Source of the DNA: Patescibacteria group bacterium
GTDB taxonomy: Bacteria; Patescibacteriota; Doudnabacteria; UBA920
Assembly (NCBI GenBank): GCA_023484515.1
Contig: JAMDAY010000019.1
Span: forward strand, 30,483 to 94,482
Reading direction: 5' to 3'
Length of the DNA stretch: 64,000 nucleotides
Shown here: piece by piece, positions 1 to 8,917 of the stretch
Position numbering within the stretch: position 1 is the stretch's first letter
Layout: each line of letters starts with the position of its first letter
Program-made: the position numbers and the translations under genes
Notes under the pieces: model-generated
Database searches by the model: none
The model's input: the letters and a program-made list of their open reading frames with translations, nothing else
What the model was told of the DNA's origin: nothing

Positions 1-221
1 CCACGCGGCAGTCTTCCATTTTGTTCCAGGTGGCATTTAAGGCGGCAGTGGCCTTGCAGGCGGCGCGCATCCGCACCGGCCTGGAAGAAAACCGCGACCA
101 GCTTTACGACACCGCCCTGGAATTTTACGACTGGATGGCCGCGCACATTGGCGAAGAGCCGGAACACGGAGGCCATGGTAGGCGGGACCAGCCTGAGGAG
201 GACGAAATCTTGGAGGCTTGA
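1..221 (+). CDS. 3' fragment of an unidentified gene, open to the window start, GC-rich (~60%)
   Basis: Frame is open from position 3 and the track start at 21 is a TTG. No recognisable motif. GC clearly exceeds the window average. Confidence 0.3.
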   Translation, partial: TRQSSILFQVAFKAAVALQAARIRTGLEENRDQLYDTALEFYDWMAAHIGEEPEHGGHGRRDQPEEDEILEA

Positions 222-252
222 ATAGCGCTCGGCCTAGTGGTAAAATTGGCTT

Positions 253-516
253 ATGGCCGAACCAATTGAATTTTATAAAGAAATAAAAATCATCAAAGAA
301 CGCAATAAGCGCGTGGAAGCGGACAAGGCTTGGGAAATTAGCTGGACCAGGCGTATTTTTATTGCCATAATTACTTACGTAGTTGCTGGCATATGGCTGA
401 TGATAATCCACGAATCCACAGCTTGGCTAAAAGCCCTTGTCCCTGTCGCCGGCTACATACTTTCCACCCTTTCACTCCCGGCAATAAAAAAATGGTGGAT
501 ATCCAAAAACTTGTAA
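253..516 (+). CDS. small hydrophobic (2-TM-like) hypothetical protein
   Basis: 87 aa with hydrophobic stretches. A hairpin followed by a T-run lies just downstream. Confidence 0.4.
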   Translation: MAEPIEFYKEIKIIKERNKRVEADKAWEISWTRRIFIAIITYVVAGIWLMIIHESTAWLKALVPVAGYILSTLSLPAIKKWWISKNL

Positions 517-524
517 AAAGTTAA

Positions 525-559
525 CCGGACCAGCAGCGCACGCGCCGGTCCGGTTTTTT
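525..559 (+). terminator. rho-independent terminator-like hairpin (ccggacc..ggtccgg followed by a T-run)
   Basis: GC stem followed by tttttt, read directly from the sequence. Confidence 0.5.
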
Positions 560-572
560 GACGCCGCAAAGG

Positions 573-1427
573 TCACTCCTTTCCCTTTGCAAGCTTTTTT
601 TCTCTGGGAGCGGCCGACGGTTTCCTCGGCGGCTGCCAATACATCACGCCGTCGCGGAACGCCTGGCCCATTTCCTGTTCGCTGCACTGGCCGGGTGGAA
701 GCAAGCGCAACGACATTCCCGGGTCATATACCGGTATCCCGTTTTTGTCAACAATAATCGCCGTCCCCGGTTTCAAATAAAACGGGTAGTAGCGGTAAGT
801 CTCGGCGCTAAACCTGAGAAGCCACATCGGCTCGCCCTTATACGTTGTTTCCCGAAGCGGTGGATGCAGACGGTCTTTGCCGATAAACGGCTGGCCGTCC
901 AGATACTCCGGATATTTGTCTACCTGGAAACAGGCTGGCCGTGGCGGTAAAGGTTTGGCCAGATTATGCTCAACCAAAAATTTCCAAAGGCTTCGCGCGG
1001 CGTCTGGCACTACATCGCTAACGTTAATTATACCCAACTGCTGTTGCCAGACAATCTCCGGCTTGAGCTGACGCCCCTCAGCGGGACTACAGGCCAATAC
1101 CAGATTGATGTTGACCGCATTCCCTTCCCCATAATTGAGTACTGATACCACATCATAAAGGCCAGGGACAATTGTTACTGGCTTGCCGTCTTTTTTCGCC
1201 GAAAACGCGTTCCTTAACTGATCCACAAAAGCCAGATTTAGATAGAGATAATTTTCCATCCCCTGCGGCCATTTTGACCAGTCTTCAGAACGCGAAAGAT
1301 CCGGCAAGGTTAAATACCGGAATACTGTAGGCTGGACAAACTCCTTTTCCAACGTTAAGGTTTGGGCCGGGCTGGCAACCAACACCAACAAGGCCAGAAT
1401 GAACAGAGATGCTAAACTTTTCGTCAT
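573..1427 (-). CDS. secreted hypothetical protein with an N-terminal signal peptide, GC-rich
   Basis: N-terminus MTKSLASLFILALLVLVASPAQT is signal-like. No conserved motif recognised. Confidence 0.5.
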   Translation of the reverse strand: MTKSLASLFILALLVLVASPAQTLTLEKEFVQPTVFRYLTLPDLSRSEDWSKWPQGMENYLYLNLAFVDQLRNAFSAKKDGKPVTIVPGLYDVVSVLNYGEGNAVNINLVLACSPAEGRQLKPEIVWQQQLGIINVSDVVPDAARSLWKFLVEHNLAKPLPPRPACFQVDKYPEYLDGQPFIGKDRLHPPLRETTYKGEPMWLLRFSAETYRYYPFYLKPGTAIIVDKNGIPVYDPGMSLRLLPPGQCSEQEMGQAFRDGVMYWQPPRKPSAAPREKKLAKGKE

Positions 1428-1609
1428 TTTTTCTTCCTCCGGTTCTGTGATCTGGCTTAGTTATAGCAGTAATTTGTGTTTGGGTCAATTTTAATAAGGC
1501 GCCTGTTTTCCGGCTATTATAAATCTCCGCAAAATCAGTTGAACAAATTTGGGCTTACTGAAAACAAAAATTATTTAAGATAATATGCGGGCTCTAATAG
1601 GAGTAAACC

Positions 1610-1639
1610 TGAACACCTCAACCGGTGTTGAGGCGTTCA
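1610..1639. repeat. 28-30 bp palindrome family C (TGAACGCCTCAAC-n2-4-GTTGAGGCGTTCA), copy 1, imperfect
   Basis: The same palindrome recurs at 15040, 23146 and 48728. Confidence 0.7.
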
Positions 1640-1655
1640 AACGGTAAAATTTAGT

Positions 1656-2114
1656 TTAATATTTAAACTCTATCTTGCCGATTTTTGAATTTGGGGAGGA
1701 ATTATTTTGTTTTTGTAAAATTTCGGGACACAAGGCGTCCAAAGTTTGGACCGCTGATTGGCCAGCAGGCGAAGCCGGGTTAACGGTTACGTAAATATTT
1801 TGCAGATACGATTCCGCGCTGCCAAAGGAACAGGCAAGTTGCAGGACTTCCAGAAACCCCTGGTTGCCATTTATTATATTCGGTGCTTCAATTTCGGATG
1901 CGGGATCTTTTTTTTCATCGTTCGCTCGTATTTCTGGCGTACCGGTTGCGGCGCTAACAATAGAACCATTGCTGACATTCCAATTGCCGGAAACACTTGG
2001 ACTTTTGTTGTCCCCTGCCCTCTGCATAACGGTTTTAAAAATATATCCCAAACCAAACCCCGCCCCGATCAAAATGGCTAAAATAAACAATGTTAACGCA
2101 GTAGTCTTATTCAT
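1656..2114 (-). CDS. membrane-anchored hypothetical protein
   Basis: N-terminal TM helix; the rest is Ser/Asn/Gly-rich. Confidence 0.45.
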   Translation of the reverse strand: MNKTTALTLFILAILIGAGFGLGYIFKTVMQRAGDNKSPSVSGNWNVSNGSIVSAATGTPEIRANDEKKDPASEIEAPNIINGNQGFLEVLQLACSFGSAESYLQNIYVTVNPASPAGQSAVQTLDALCPEILQKQNNSSPNSKIGKIEFKY

Positions 2115-2323
2115 GTCTTCAAATATTTTTGAAATTTGCTGTAATGACGGCTAAAAACAACATCCATTACCGCGTAACCTGAAACTGTTTTATTTAACAA
2201 AATTTTTCTGTTATAATTCAGATGCATAAAATTAAACCTTTAATCTTAAGGGAAGGAGGCAATTTATACATAAATTTTAAGAAACAAAACTTATAAATTA
2301 ATTAAATTTCAACACAAATAAAT

Positions 2324-2896
2324 ATGTTTAAAAAACGACCGAAATCACTAGCGGCCATTATTGTCTTGGCGGTTATATTAGTCTTAGCCGTTGCCTATGC
2401 AGGGAAACTGGAAACCCGCAGAGTCGTAAACCTAAGCGACAAACAAATCCAAGCGGTTAAAATCCAAAACCAGGACAGTCTGATCAAGAGCGAAACCCAA
2501 ACTGCAATTTCCATGCTGCAGGCCGTATATGACAAATCCGCCAAAGGCGAATACTCATTATCTAAAGCTAAGACTTTAGGCGCTGACTTGCTAAGAAACT
2601 TGCGTTACGGCCCCAGCAACCAAAGGTATTTTTTTGCCGATACCTTGGATGGAATTAACGTGGTACTTTACGGCAATAAAGATGTAGAAGGCAAAAACCG
2701 GCTAAACGACACGGTTAACGGCATAAGTTACATAAAAGACATAATAGCCAAGTCCCAAGCCGGAGGCGGTTATACCGATTATTTTTATCCTAAAATTACG
2801 GGCGGCGAACCTTTGGCCAAACGCGCTTACAGTATGGAATTCCAGCCCTTTGGCTGGTCCGTAGGCACGGGTTATTATTTGGAAGACGTAAAATAA
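2324..2896 (+). CDS. membrane-anchored single Cache (sCache_2-like) extracellular sensor domain protein with no output domain
   Basis: Pattern YFFADTLDG..G..GGGYTDYFYPK..GGEPLAKRAYSMEFQPFGWSVGTGYYLEDV matches the Cache_2 signature. A single N-terminal TM precedes it. Confidence 0.6.
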   Translation: MFKKRPKSLAAIIVLAVILVLAVAYAGKLETRRVVNLSDKQIQAVKIQNQDSLIKSETQTAISMLQAVYDKSAKGEYSLSKAKTLGADLLRNLRYGPSNQRYFFADTLDGINVVLYGNKDVEGKNRLNDTVNGISYIKDIIAKSQAGGGYTDYFYPKITGGEPLAKRAYSMEFQPFGWSVGTGYYLEDVK

Positions 2897-2904
2897 CATT
2901 TTTA

Positions 2905-2937
2905 GACGGTCCGGCCTTTTGGCCGGGCCGTTTTTTT
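2905..2937 (+). terminator. terminator-like GC hairpin followed by a T-run
   Basis: ccggcc tttt ggccgg followed by ttttttt. Confidence 0.4.
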
Positions 2938-2973
2938 GTTATGATTAATCAAAGGAGGGTCATCCGAATTTAA

Positions 2974-3474
2974 ATGAAACAAAACAAATTTCAACACGGT
3001 TTTTCTTTGATTGAACTTTTGGTGGTTATTACCATTATTGGGCTGCTGGCTTCAATAGTATTTTTGGCTACTGCCGGCGCTAGGGTAAAGGCGCGAGACA
3101 CCAAACGCAAAACCGACCTGGCGCAAATGGGCAGGATGCTATACGCGGGTTCTTGCTTTATGCCCGGTTCCGGAGCCGGGGACTACGATTTGGCGGATTT
3201 AATGGGCGAGTTGGAAACGAAGTACCCGCAATACGCGCAATATGCTTCGCTGCTGCCTAAAGACCCCAAAACCGGCAGCGGCAGCAAGGCCAATTACCGG
3301 TATGCAATTACGGCTAACGGACACTGTGCCTTATACGCCAACCTGGAAAACGAAGAAGAACAAATTACTTTGCCAAACTTGTCCGCCGTAACCCCTGGTG
3401 CCGGAACGGGGATACTAAAAACGACGGTTATCGGCTGGAATGGCACAAATATTTTTTACCAAGTGGGAAAATAG
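2974..3474 (+). CDS. type IV pilin / pseudopilin-like protein (prepilin N-terminal methylation motif)
   Basis: N-terminus GFSLIELLVVITIIGLLASIV is a class III signal peptide with G-F cleavage and the E5 residue. Confidence 0.75.
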   Translation: MKQNKFQHGFSLIELLVVITIIGLLASIVFLATAGARVKARDTKRKTDLAQMGRMLYAGSCFMPGSGAGDYDLADLMGELETKYPQYAQYASLLPKDPKTGSGSKANYRYAITANGHCALYANLENEEEQITLPNLSAVTPGAGTGILKTTVIGWNGTNIFYQVGK

Positions 3475-3690
3475 CCAATGTTCGGGAAAATTTTAAGGTC
3501 CGGTATTGACTGATGACATATAAGCTATGGAAAGCAGCCTGATTAAAACCTTCCAAAAAATAGCAAAAGATGCTTACCCTTGAAAATCCGCTTCGGTCTG
3601 CTGATAAACTTCCAGCGGCCGGAAAGACGGGAGAAAAAACCAGGCTGGAAATTGCGGAAGTTTGGGTGTAAAATGGAAGCGTAAGGAAGT

Positions 3691-3758
3691 GTTACCGAAT
3701 GCGCTTTTAAGGCGAAAATTGAAATTTTCAATTTGCGGTTAAAATATCATCCGGTAAC
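3691..3758 (+). repeat. family A repeat element, truncated copy (A4)
   Basis: Shares ccgaatgcgcttttaaggcgaaa with copy A3 and is closed by a gttaccg/cggtaac stem. Confidence 0.55.
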
Positions 3759-3775
3759 AGTCCAAGTGGAGAATT

Positions 3776-4081
3776 ATGACCATCAGGCTGGTAAAAAAAT
3801 GCGCCAGCAGCCAGGCCGCCGCAGACCCTTTGGCCGCCATTGGCCACTTCCATTGGGTGGAAGACCGGACCGATTACCGCGGAACTTATACCCGGGAAGA
3901 GCTTTACGATTTTATTAAAAGCGGCAACGAAGTTTACGTCCGCGACCCGGCCGATCCGTTCGGCAAAACCAGGGTAAAAGTATTGGCCGCCGTGTCCCAA
4001 CAAGGCGAAAAGTGCGTTTACACCGCCATAAACGGCCAGCAAACCGACCACCTGTTAAACTTGCCTGACTGCGAACAATAA
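3776..4081 (+). CDS. small hypothetical protein
   Basis: SD-like GGAGAA lies 5 nt upstream of the ATG. No motif recognised. Confidence 0.4.
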   Translation: MTIRLVKKCASSQAAADPLAAIGHFHWVEDRTDYRGTYTREELYDFIKSGNEVYVRDPADPFGKTRVKVLAAVSQQGEKCVYTAINGQQTDHLLNLPDCEQ

Positions 4082-4145
4082 GGCTAGTTTTTTCAATTTT
4101 AGTCTGCGACTAAAACTTATTTTAGATGCGGTTAATTTTTTTCAG

Positions 4146-4179
4146 CATTTCTTGCACGCTATATAGCGTGCAAGAAATG
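4146..4179. repeat. 34-bp perfect palindrome, family E (CATTTCTTGCACGCTATATAGCGTGCAAGAAATG)
   Basis: Perfect inverted repeat. A near-identical copy sits at 46942-46975. Confidence 0.7.
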
Positions 4180-4186
4180 TTTAAAT

Positions 4187-5920
4187 TTATTTCCTGGTCG
4201 GCGGAATATGCAGGTAGTCCAAAATGAACTGGGCCATTTGGCCGAATACGGGGGCGGCCGTGGTTTCGGCAAAGGTTACGTCGCGCGGATGGTCAATGCG
4301 GACCAACATTAAAAATTGGGGGTTCTCCACCGGCCCAAAGCCTATGAAAGAGCCGATGTTGTTGTTTGGCTCATATCCTGGCTTGCCGTCTTTCCTGGCA
4401 ACCTGCGCCGTGCCGGTCTTGCCGCCAATATAATATCCAGGCACTGCGGCCTTTTTGCCGTGCCCCTTTTCCACCACATTGACCAGCATGGCGGAAACCA
4501 TATTGGCGGTTGCGGCGCTTATCACCTGCCCTACTTCCTGCGGCTGCGCGGTCACGGCTTTCCCGTCGGGATTAATTTCCGCTTCCACCAAATAAGGCTT
4601 CATCATTCTGCCGTTATTGGCAATGGTGGAGTAAGCCTGGATCATCTGGAGAGGCGTTACCATAATGCCTTGGCCGAAGCTGGCCGTATCGTAATTTACC
4701 GCGATATTGGCTTTCAGGTTGTCCAAATTTCCTTTGGCTTCCGGCACTTCAATGCCTGTCGGCCGGCCAAACCCGAATTTTTTAACGTATTCGTAAAATT
4801 TGTCGTTGCCAATCTGGTCTTTGGCGAAAATAGCGCCGGTATTCAACGACAATTCCAAAACTTGGTCCATAGTTTGCACGCCATGGGCCTTGCTGTCGGA
4901 ATTTTTTATGGTATAGCCGTCAATAACCACAGACCCGGTATCCGTATAAGTGCTGTCGGGCGTGACTTTGCCTTCGTTAATGGCTGCGGCCATGGTTATC
5001 GCCTTAAAAATTGAACCGGGCTCGTAACTGCCGGTTGCCGCTTCATTGGAATACAGCGACGGATCTTCCACTTTATTATATTCATTCGGATTAAAATCCG
5101 GATAGCCGGCCATGGCCATTATGGCGCCGGTTTTAGGATTGGCCACAATAATACAACCGCTGTCCGCCCCATTGTTGGCCACCGCGTCTTTAAGCAAGCT
5201 TTCGGCTTTAAACTGGATGGTCTTGTCTACGGTTAAAACCAAATTTATTCCGTCCCGGGCGGGCGTAATGTCCCTTTGCGAACCGAAAATCCAGGCTCCG
5301 GCCGTATCTTTTTCTTCTTTTAAAATTCCCGGACTTCCCGCCAAATCCGTCTCAAAAAACCGTTCCAAACCGTAAAGTCCCGCCTTGTCGTCTCCTTTAT
5401 ACCCCACAAACCCCAAAGTCTGGCTAAGCAGGCTATGCTCCGGATAATACCTGGCGCCTTCGGAGTCCAAATATATGCCGCTAAGCTTTAAATTTGTAAT
5501 TTTTTGCTGTTCATCTTCCTTCAATTCTTTTTTTATCGGCACATATTTTTTTTCCGTATTGGTAATTTTATCCAAAATATCCTTGCTGTCCATGCCTAAA
5601 ACCGAAGCCAAAGTTTCGGCAGCGCTTTTTTTGTCCTGGATGTCCTGGGGCACGGCATAAACCAAATATTTTTTTATGTTCGTGGCTACTGGAAAGGTTT
5701 CCCCGGTCTGCCGGTCCATTAACTTAATCTCTCCCCGCTCGGGCAAAAGTTTGCGGAGCACGCTGTGCTGGGCCTCCGCCACCTGCCTGGTCTCCTTGCC
5801 TTTGACTACCTGGAAATAAAACAACCTGGCCGCAATAACGGCAAAGACCAGTAATAAAAAAACAGTCACTATAACTGTTCTTTGTTCAAAGGTTTGGCTG
5901 GTTCGCGGCTTGGTAGGCAT
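4187..5920 (-). CDS. ftsI: penicillin-binding protein 2 / FtsI-type peptidoglycan D,D-transpeptidase
   Basis: N-terminal TM, SXXK-like GSIFK, and KTGT within GGKTGTAQV. It lies downstream of mraZ-rsmH-ftsL. Confidence 0.85.
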   Translation of the reverse strand: MPTKPRTSQTFEQRTVIVTVFLLLVFAVIAARLFYFQVVKGKETRQVAEAQHSVLRKLLPERGEIKLMDRQTGETFPVATNIKKYLVYAVPQDIQDKKSAAETLASVLGMDSKDILDKITNTEKKYVPIKKELKEDEQQKITNLKLSGIYLDSEGARYYPEHSLLSQTLGFVGYKGDDKAGLYGLERFFETDLAGSPGILKEEKDTAGAWIFGSQRDITPARDGINLVLTVDKTIQFKAESLLKDAVANNGADSGCIIVANPKTGAIMAMAGYPDFNPNEYNKVEDPSLYSNEAATGSYEPGSIFKAITMAAAINEGKVTPDSTYTDTGSVVIDGYTIKNSDSKAHGVQTMDQVLELSLNTGAIFAKDQIGNDKFYEYVKKFGFGRPTGIEVPEAKGNLDNLKANIAVNYDTASFGQGIMVTPLQMIQAYSTIANNGRMMKPYLVEAEINPDGKAVTAQPQEVGQVISAATANMVSAMLVNVVEKGHGKKAAVPGYYIGGKTGTAQVARKDGKPGYEPNNNIGSFIGFGPVENPQFLMLVRIDHPRDVTFAETTAAPVFGQMAQFILDYLHIPPTRK

Positions 5921-6050
5921 TGGTGTTTGAATTTTTTATAGCCAAATTTAGGTTGCAACCATTGTCATTTATGGCGTGAGGATCCTTTGTGATTGACCGG
6001 AATCAATTAACCTAATTATTCTAATTAGAATAATTTAAACATCTTTTCCA

Positions 6051-6458
6051 TTAATTCATCCCGCTGTTCATGGCTGTGGACACCGGACTTGCCTGGAGGA
6101 ATTTAACCCCCGTAACCGGCACGTAATGGGTATTGGCAAAGTCATTCTGGATGCTGACCATGGAAGAAACCTCCGAAACTTTTAAATTAATCTTGTCATT
6201 TTCTTCGGTCAAAGCAGCAAGCTTGGATTGCAGGGATTTAATTTCATAACCGCGGGAAGCGTAATTGTTAACCCCCGCCAAAAAATTGAAAAGCAAGGCC
6301 ATATTTAAAACCGCTAAAGCCAGGGACGCTCCCAGCCATTTGCGCGAAACCGGTTTTGCATTTGCGGCTTCCCTTGCGGATTTCCTTACGGACAAAACCC
6401 TGGCCGGCCTTGCGTCTGCGGAAAAAAATAAATTTGGCAAAATAAAAGTCCTGGACAT
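6051..6458 (-). CDS. ftsL: FtsL-like cell division protein (septum formation initiator family)
   Basis: Small bitopic coiled-coil protein sitting between rsmH and ftsI. Confidence 0.5.
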   Translation of the reverse strand: MSRTFILPNLFFSADARPARVLSVRKSAREAANAKPVSRKWLGASLALAVLNMALLFNFLAGVNNYASRGYEIKSLQSKLAALTEENDKINLKVSEVSSMVSIQNDFANTHYVPVTGVKFLQASPVSTAMNSGMN

Positions 6459-6633
6459 TGTTTTATTGTTTAATCTTTATTTTAATTTTCTTCTTTTTGC
6501 CGTTCTTGTTTTGAATTTTTATTTTCATATACCGCTGATATAACGCTGATTATTACGCAGACCAACCGCTGATTAGATAACCAATAAGAATTAATTTTTT
6601 GTCGCTAATTTTTCGCTGGGGGAATCCAACCAA

Positions 6634-7575
6634 TCATAATTTTTCCACAGCCCGCAGCTTGGCGGGCTTGCTTCTGGGATTATTTTTTATTTCTTCAGGC
6701 GAAGCTGTTATGGGCTTTTTATTTAATAGCCTGGCTTGCGGATTCCTTCCGCACCGACAGATGGGAAAGTCCGGCGGACAAACGCAACCTTTACTCAATC
6801 CGGTAAAATATTTTTTTACTAAGCGGTCTTCCAGCGAATGGAAGGACACAACGGCCAGCCTGCCTCCCGGAGCCAGCAAACCAAAGGCTTTGGGCAGGAA
6901 TTCTTGCAAATTTTCCAGTTCATGGTTTACCGCAATCCTTAAAGCCTGGAACACCCTTCTGGCGCTGTCATCCGCGCGGTGCTTAAGCGGCTTGGGCAAG
7001 GCGTCTTTTATAACCTGGTATAGGTCGCTTGTGAATTTTATTTGGTTCTTGGTTCTTGTTTCCTGGACTTTCCGCGCGATTTGCGCGGCGAACTTTTCTT
7101 CCCCGTATTCTTTAAAAATTTTAATTAATTGGTCAATACTGTAATTATTTAAAATAAATTTGGCGTCTTCCTGTTCTTGGCTTTGGTCAAAACGCATGTC
7201 CAGCAGCTCTTTTTTTTGGAAGGAAATGCCTCTCTCCGACTGGTCCAGCTGATAGGATGACAACCCCAAGTCTGCCACAATTCCGTTCGGCACGGGAAAT
7301 TTATGACGGACAACAGCCTTGTCTATGTCGCGGAAATTCCCGTGAACAATCTGCCAATTTTTGATATTTGATATTTGGAATTTGATATTTTCTAAGGCAA
7401 CAAGATCAAGGTCTATAGATAGTAACTTCCCGTTAGGTTTAACTTTTTCAATAATTGCCTTACTGTATCCCCCGCCGCCCAAAGTCGCGTCCACAAAATT
7501 CTGCCCGGCCTGGGGATTTAAAATTTCCAAAACCTCTTTTAATAATACTGGGATGTGCTTGTAATCCATAATCAC
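6634..7575 (-). CDS. rsmH: 16S rRNA (cytosine1402-N4)-methyltransferase
   Basis: N-terminus HIPVLLKEVLE..DATLGGGGYS; follows mraZ. Confidence 0.9.
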   Translation of the reverse strand: MIMDYKHIPVLLKEVLEILNPQAGQNFVDATLGGGGYSKAIIEKVKPNGKLLSIDLDLVALENIKFQISNIKNWQIVHGNFRDIDKAVVRHKFPVPNGIVADLGLSSYQLDQSERGISFQKKELLDMRFDQSQEQEDAKFILNNYSIDQLIKIFKEYGEEKFAAQIARKVQETRTKNQIKFTSDLYQVIKDALPKPLKHRADDSARRVFQALRIAVNHELENLQEFLPKAFGLLAPGGRLAVVSFHSLEDRLVKKYFTGLSKGCVCPPDFPICRCGRNPQARLLNKKPITASPEEIKNNPRSKPAKLRAVEKL

Positions 7576-7650
7576 AAAGGGCGTCTTTCCGGGTATGCAG
7601 GCATTAGATTATTAGATGTTATCCATTACAGTAATACTCATTATTCAGTA

Positions 7651-7749
7651 TGAAGGCCGCCCTCTGGGATAATCTGTCTTAAGATTGATAATAGATGATG
7701 ATCATAGACTGATAATCTAAAGTTCGTTATTCCCAGAGGGCGGCCTTCA
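7651..7749. repeat. family B inverted-repeat element, copy B1 (19-bp perfect GC-rich arms TGAAGGCCGCCCTCTGGGA, AT-rich ~60-nt centre)
   Basis: Perfect terminal inverted repeat. Related copies at 15100, 48771 and 50849. A degenerate partial copy sits at 7578-7650. Confidence 0.75.
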
Positions 7750-7769
7750 AAACTCAGGCCTGTTGTAAT

Positions 7770-8222
7770 TTACACGCCCAGGGACCCTAACTGTTCCGCA
7801 ATGGCATTGCTTTGCTGTTCGGTTTGCTGCTTGTAGGCGGACCATAATTCTTCACTCCAGACTTCTATGCGGTTAAACAGGCCGGCAAAGACAATCTTCT
7901 TATTAATTTTGGCAAACTCCTTTAGGTAAGACGGCAAAATTATGCGCCCCTGCTTGTCCACTTCGCAGTCCATGGCGCCGGCTAGCATCAAGCGGGAAAA
8001 GGCGCGGGTATTGGCAGTGGAAATTGGCAGGCTGGCCAGCTTTTCCGCCAGCTTTTTCCATTCGTCCAAAGTGTATAAAAACAAGGAGTTATCCAATCCC
8101 CGGGTAACTACGACTTTGGCTTCCAATTGCGACCTAAACTTGGCCGGGATGGATATCCTGCCTTTGTCGTCTATGGTGCCTTGGTATTCGCCAATGAACA
8201 TAAAATTTTGAACAACGAACAA
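7770..8222 (-). CDS. mraZ: transcriptional regulator MraZ
   Basis: Duplicated DxxGR motifs (DDKGRISIP, DKQGRIILP). Confidence 0.9.
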   Translation of the reverse strand: MFVVQNFMFIGEYQGTIDDKGRISIPAKFRSQLEAKVVVTRGLDNSLFLYTLDEWKKLAEKLASLPISTANTRAFSRLMLAGAMDCEVDKQGRIILPSYLKEFAKINKKIVFAGLFNRIEVWSEELWSAYKQQTEQQSNAIAEQLGSLGV

Positions 8223-8434
8223 CTCCCCTAAATTTTCCTTTTAAATACGGGGAGAAGATTAATATACTGGATTTTGATTAAATCTCTAAAGCCATTAAAT
8301 TTTGTTTTAACTTGGGCATTCCGGTTTTAAAAACCCCATTTTTAGGAAGACTAGCGTTTTTAAGCTGATTTTGGCTTAAAAATTTGGGGATTTACAAACC
8401 CGGTGGGGAAAATGCCCAAGTTAGATTAAATTGA

Positions 8435-8475
8435 TTATCCACAAACTTTACCACTTATCCCCACTTTTATCCACT
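8435..8475 (+). promoter_or_regulatory. cluster of three co-oriented DnaA-box-like 9-mers (TTATCCACA perfect, TTATCCCCA, TTATCCACT) ~220-260 nt upstream of mraZ; a fourth (cTATCCACA) sits at 8603-8611
   Basis: Exact consensus 9-mer at 8435-8443. Lies in a ~700-bp AT-rich non-coding region. Confidence 0.4.
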
Positions 8476-8692
8476 TTTTACCATTACTCTGGTATTATAT
8501 ACCACTTTAAAACACCGGTCAAAGCAGTTTATATTAACCATTGTTAATATTATTCCTTATAATTAAAGTAAATATTTACTTAAATATTTAAGTAAATAAA
8601 AACTATCCACAAGTTTTCTCTAAAAAGTTTCCTTAACATAAATTTGTGCTTTATTACGACATATTTAAAATAAATAGTCCATTTTACAAGCA

Positions 8693-8722
8693 AAATAAAA
8701 AAACATCCTTGTTTAAGGATGT
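8693..8722 (-). terminator. rho-independent terminator (acatcctt..aaggatgt hairpin plus U-run on the minus strand)
   Basis: Perfect 8-bp stem with an A10 run on the plus side. Sits downstream of the SpoU methyltransferase gene. Confidence 0.55.
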
Positions 8723-8917
8723 TTGCCAGAATAAATAAAACTTCCTGGGATTAAGAGTAACGACAGCCACATTGCAACAGATCCAGCAAAGGAGGACGCC
8801 CCGGACTATCTGCTTAAAGATTGACAGATTGCTATCATTATCCGGTGATTAACAAATTACGGTCATAATCCGGTGATTAAAAGAGCACCATCGTTTGGAT
8901 GCGTCCGGTTAAAACCA

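Noticed and set aside
8223-8917. Chromosomal origin of replication (oriC)
   Set aside because: DnaA boxes and an AT-rich stretch are present, but gene orientation does not switch strands across this region; the dominant minus-strand orientation implies the origin lies to the right of the window.
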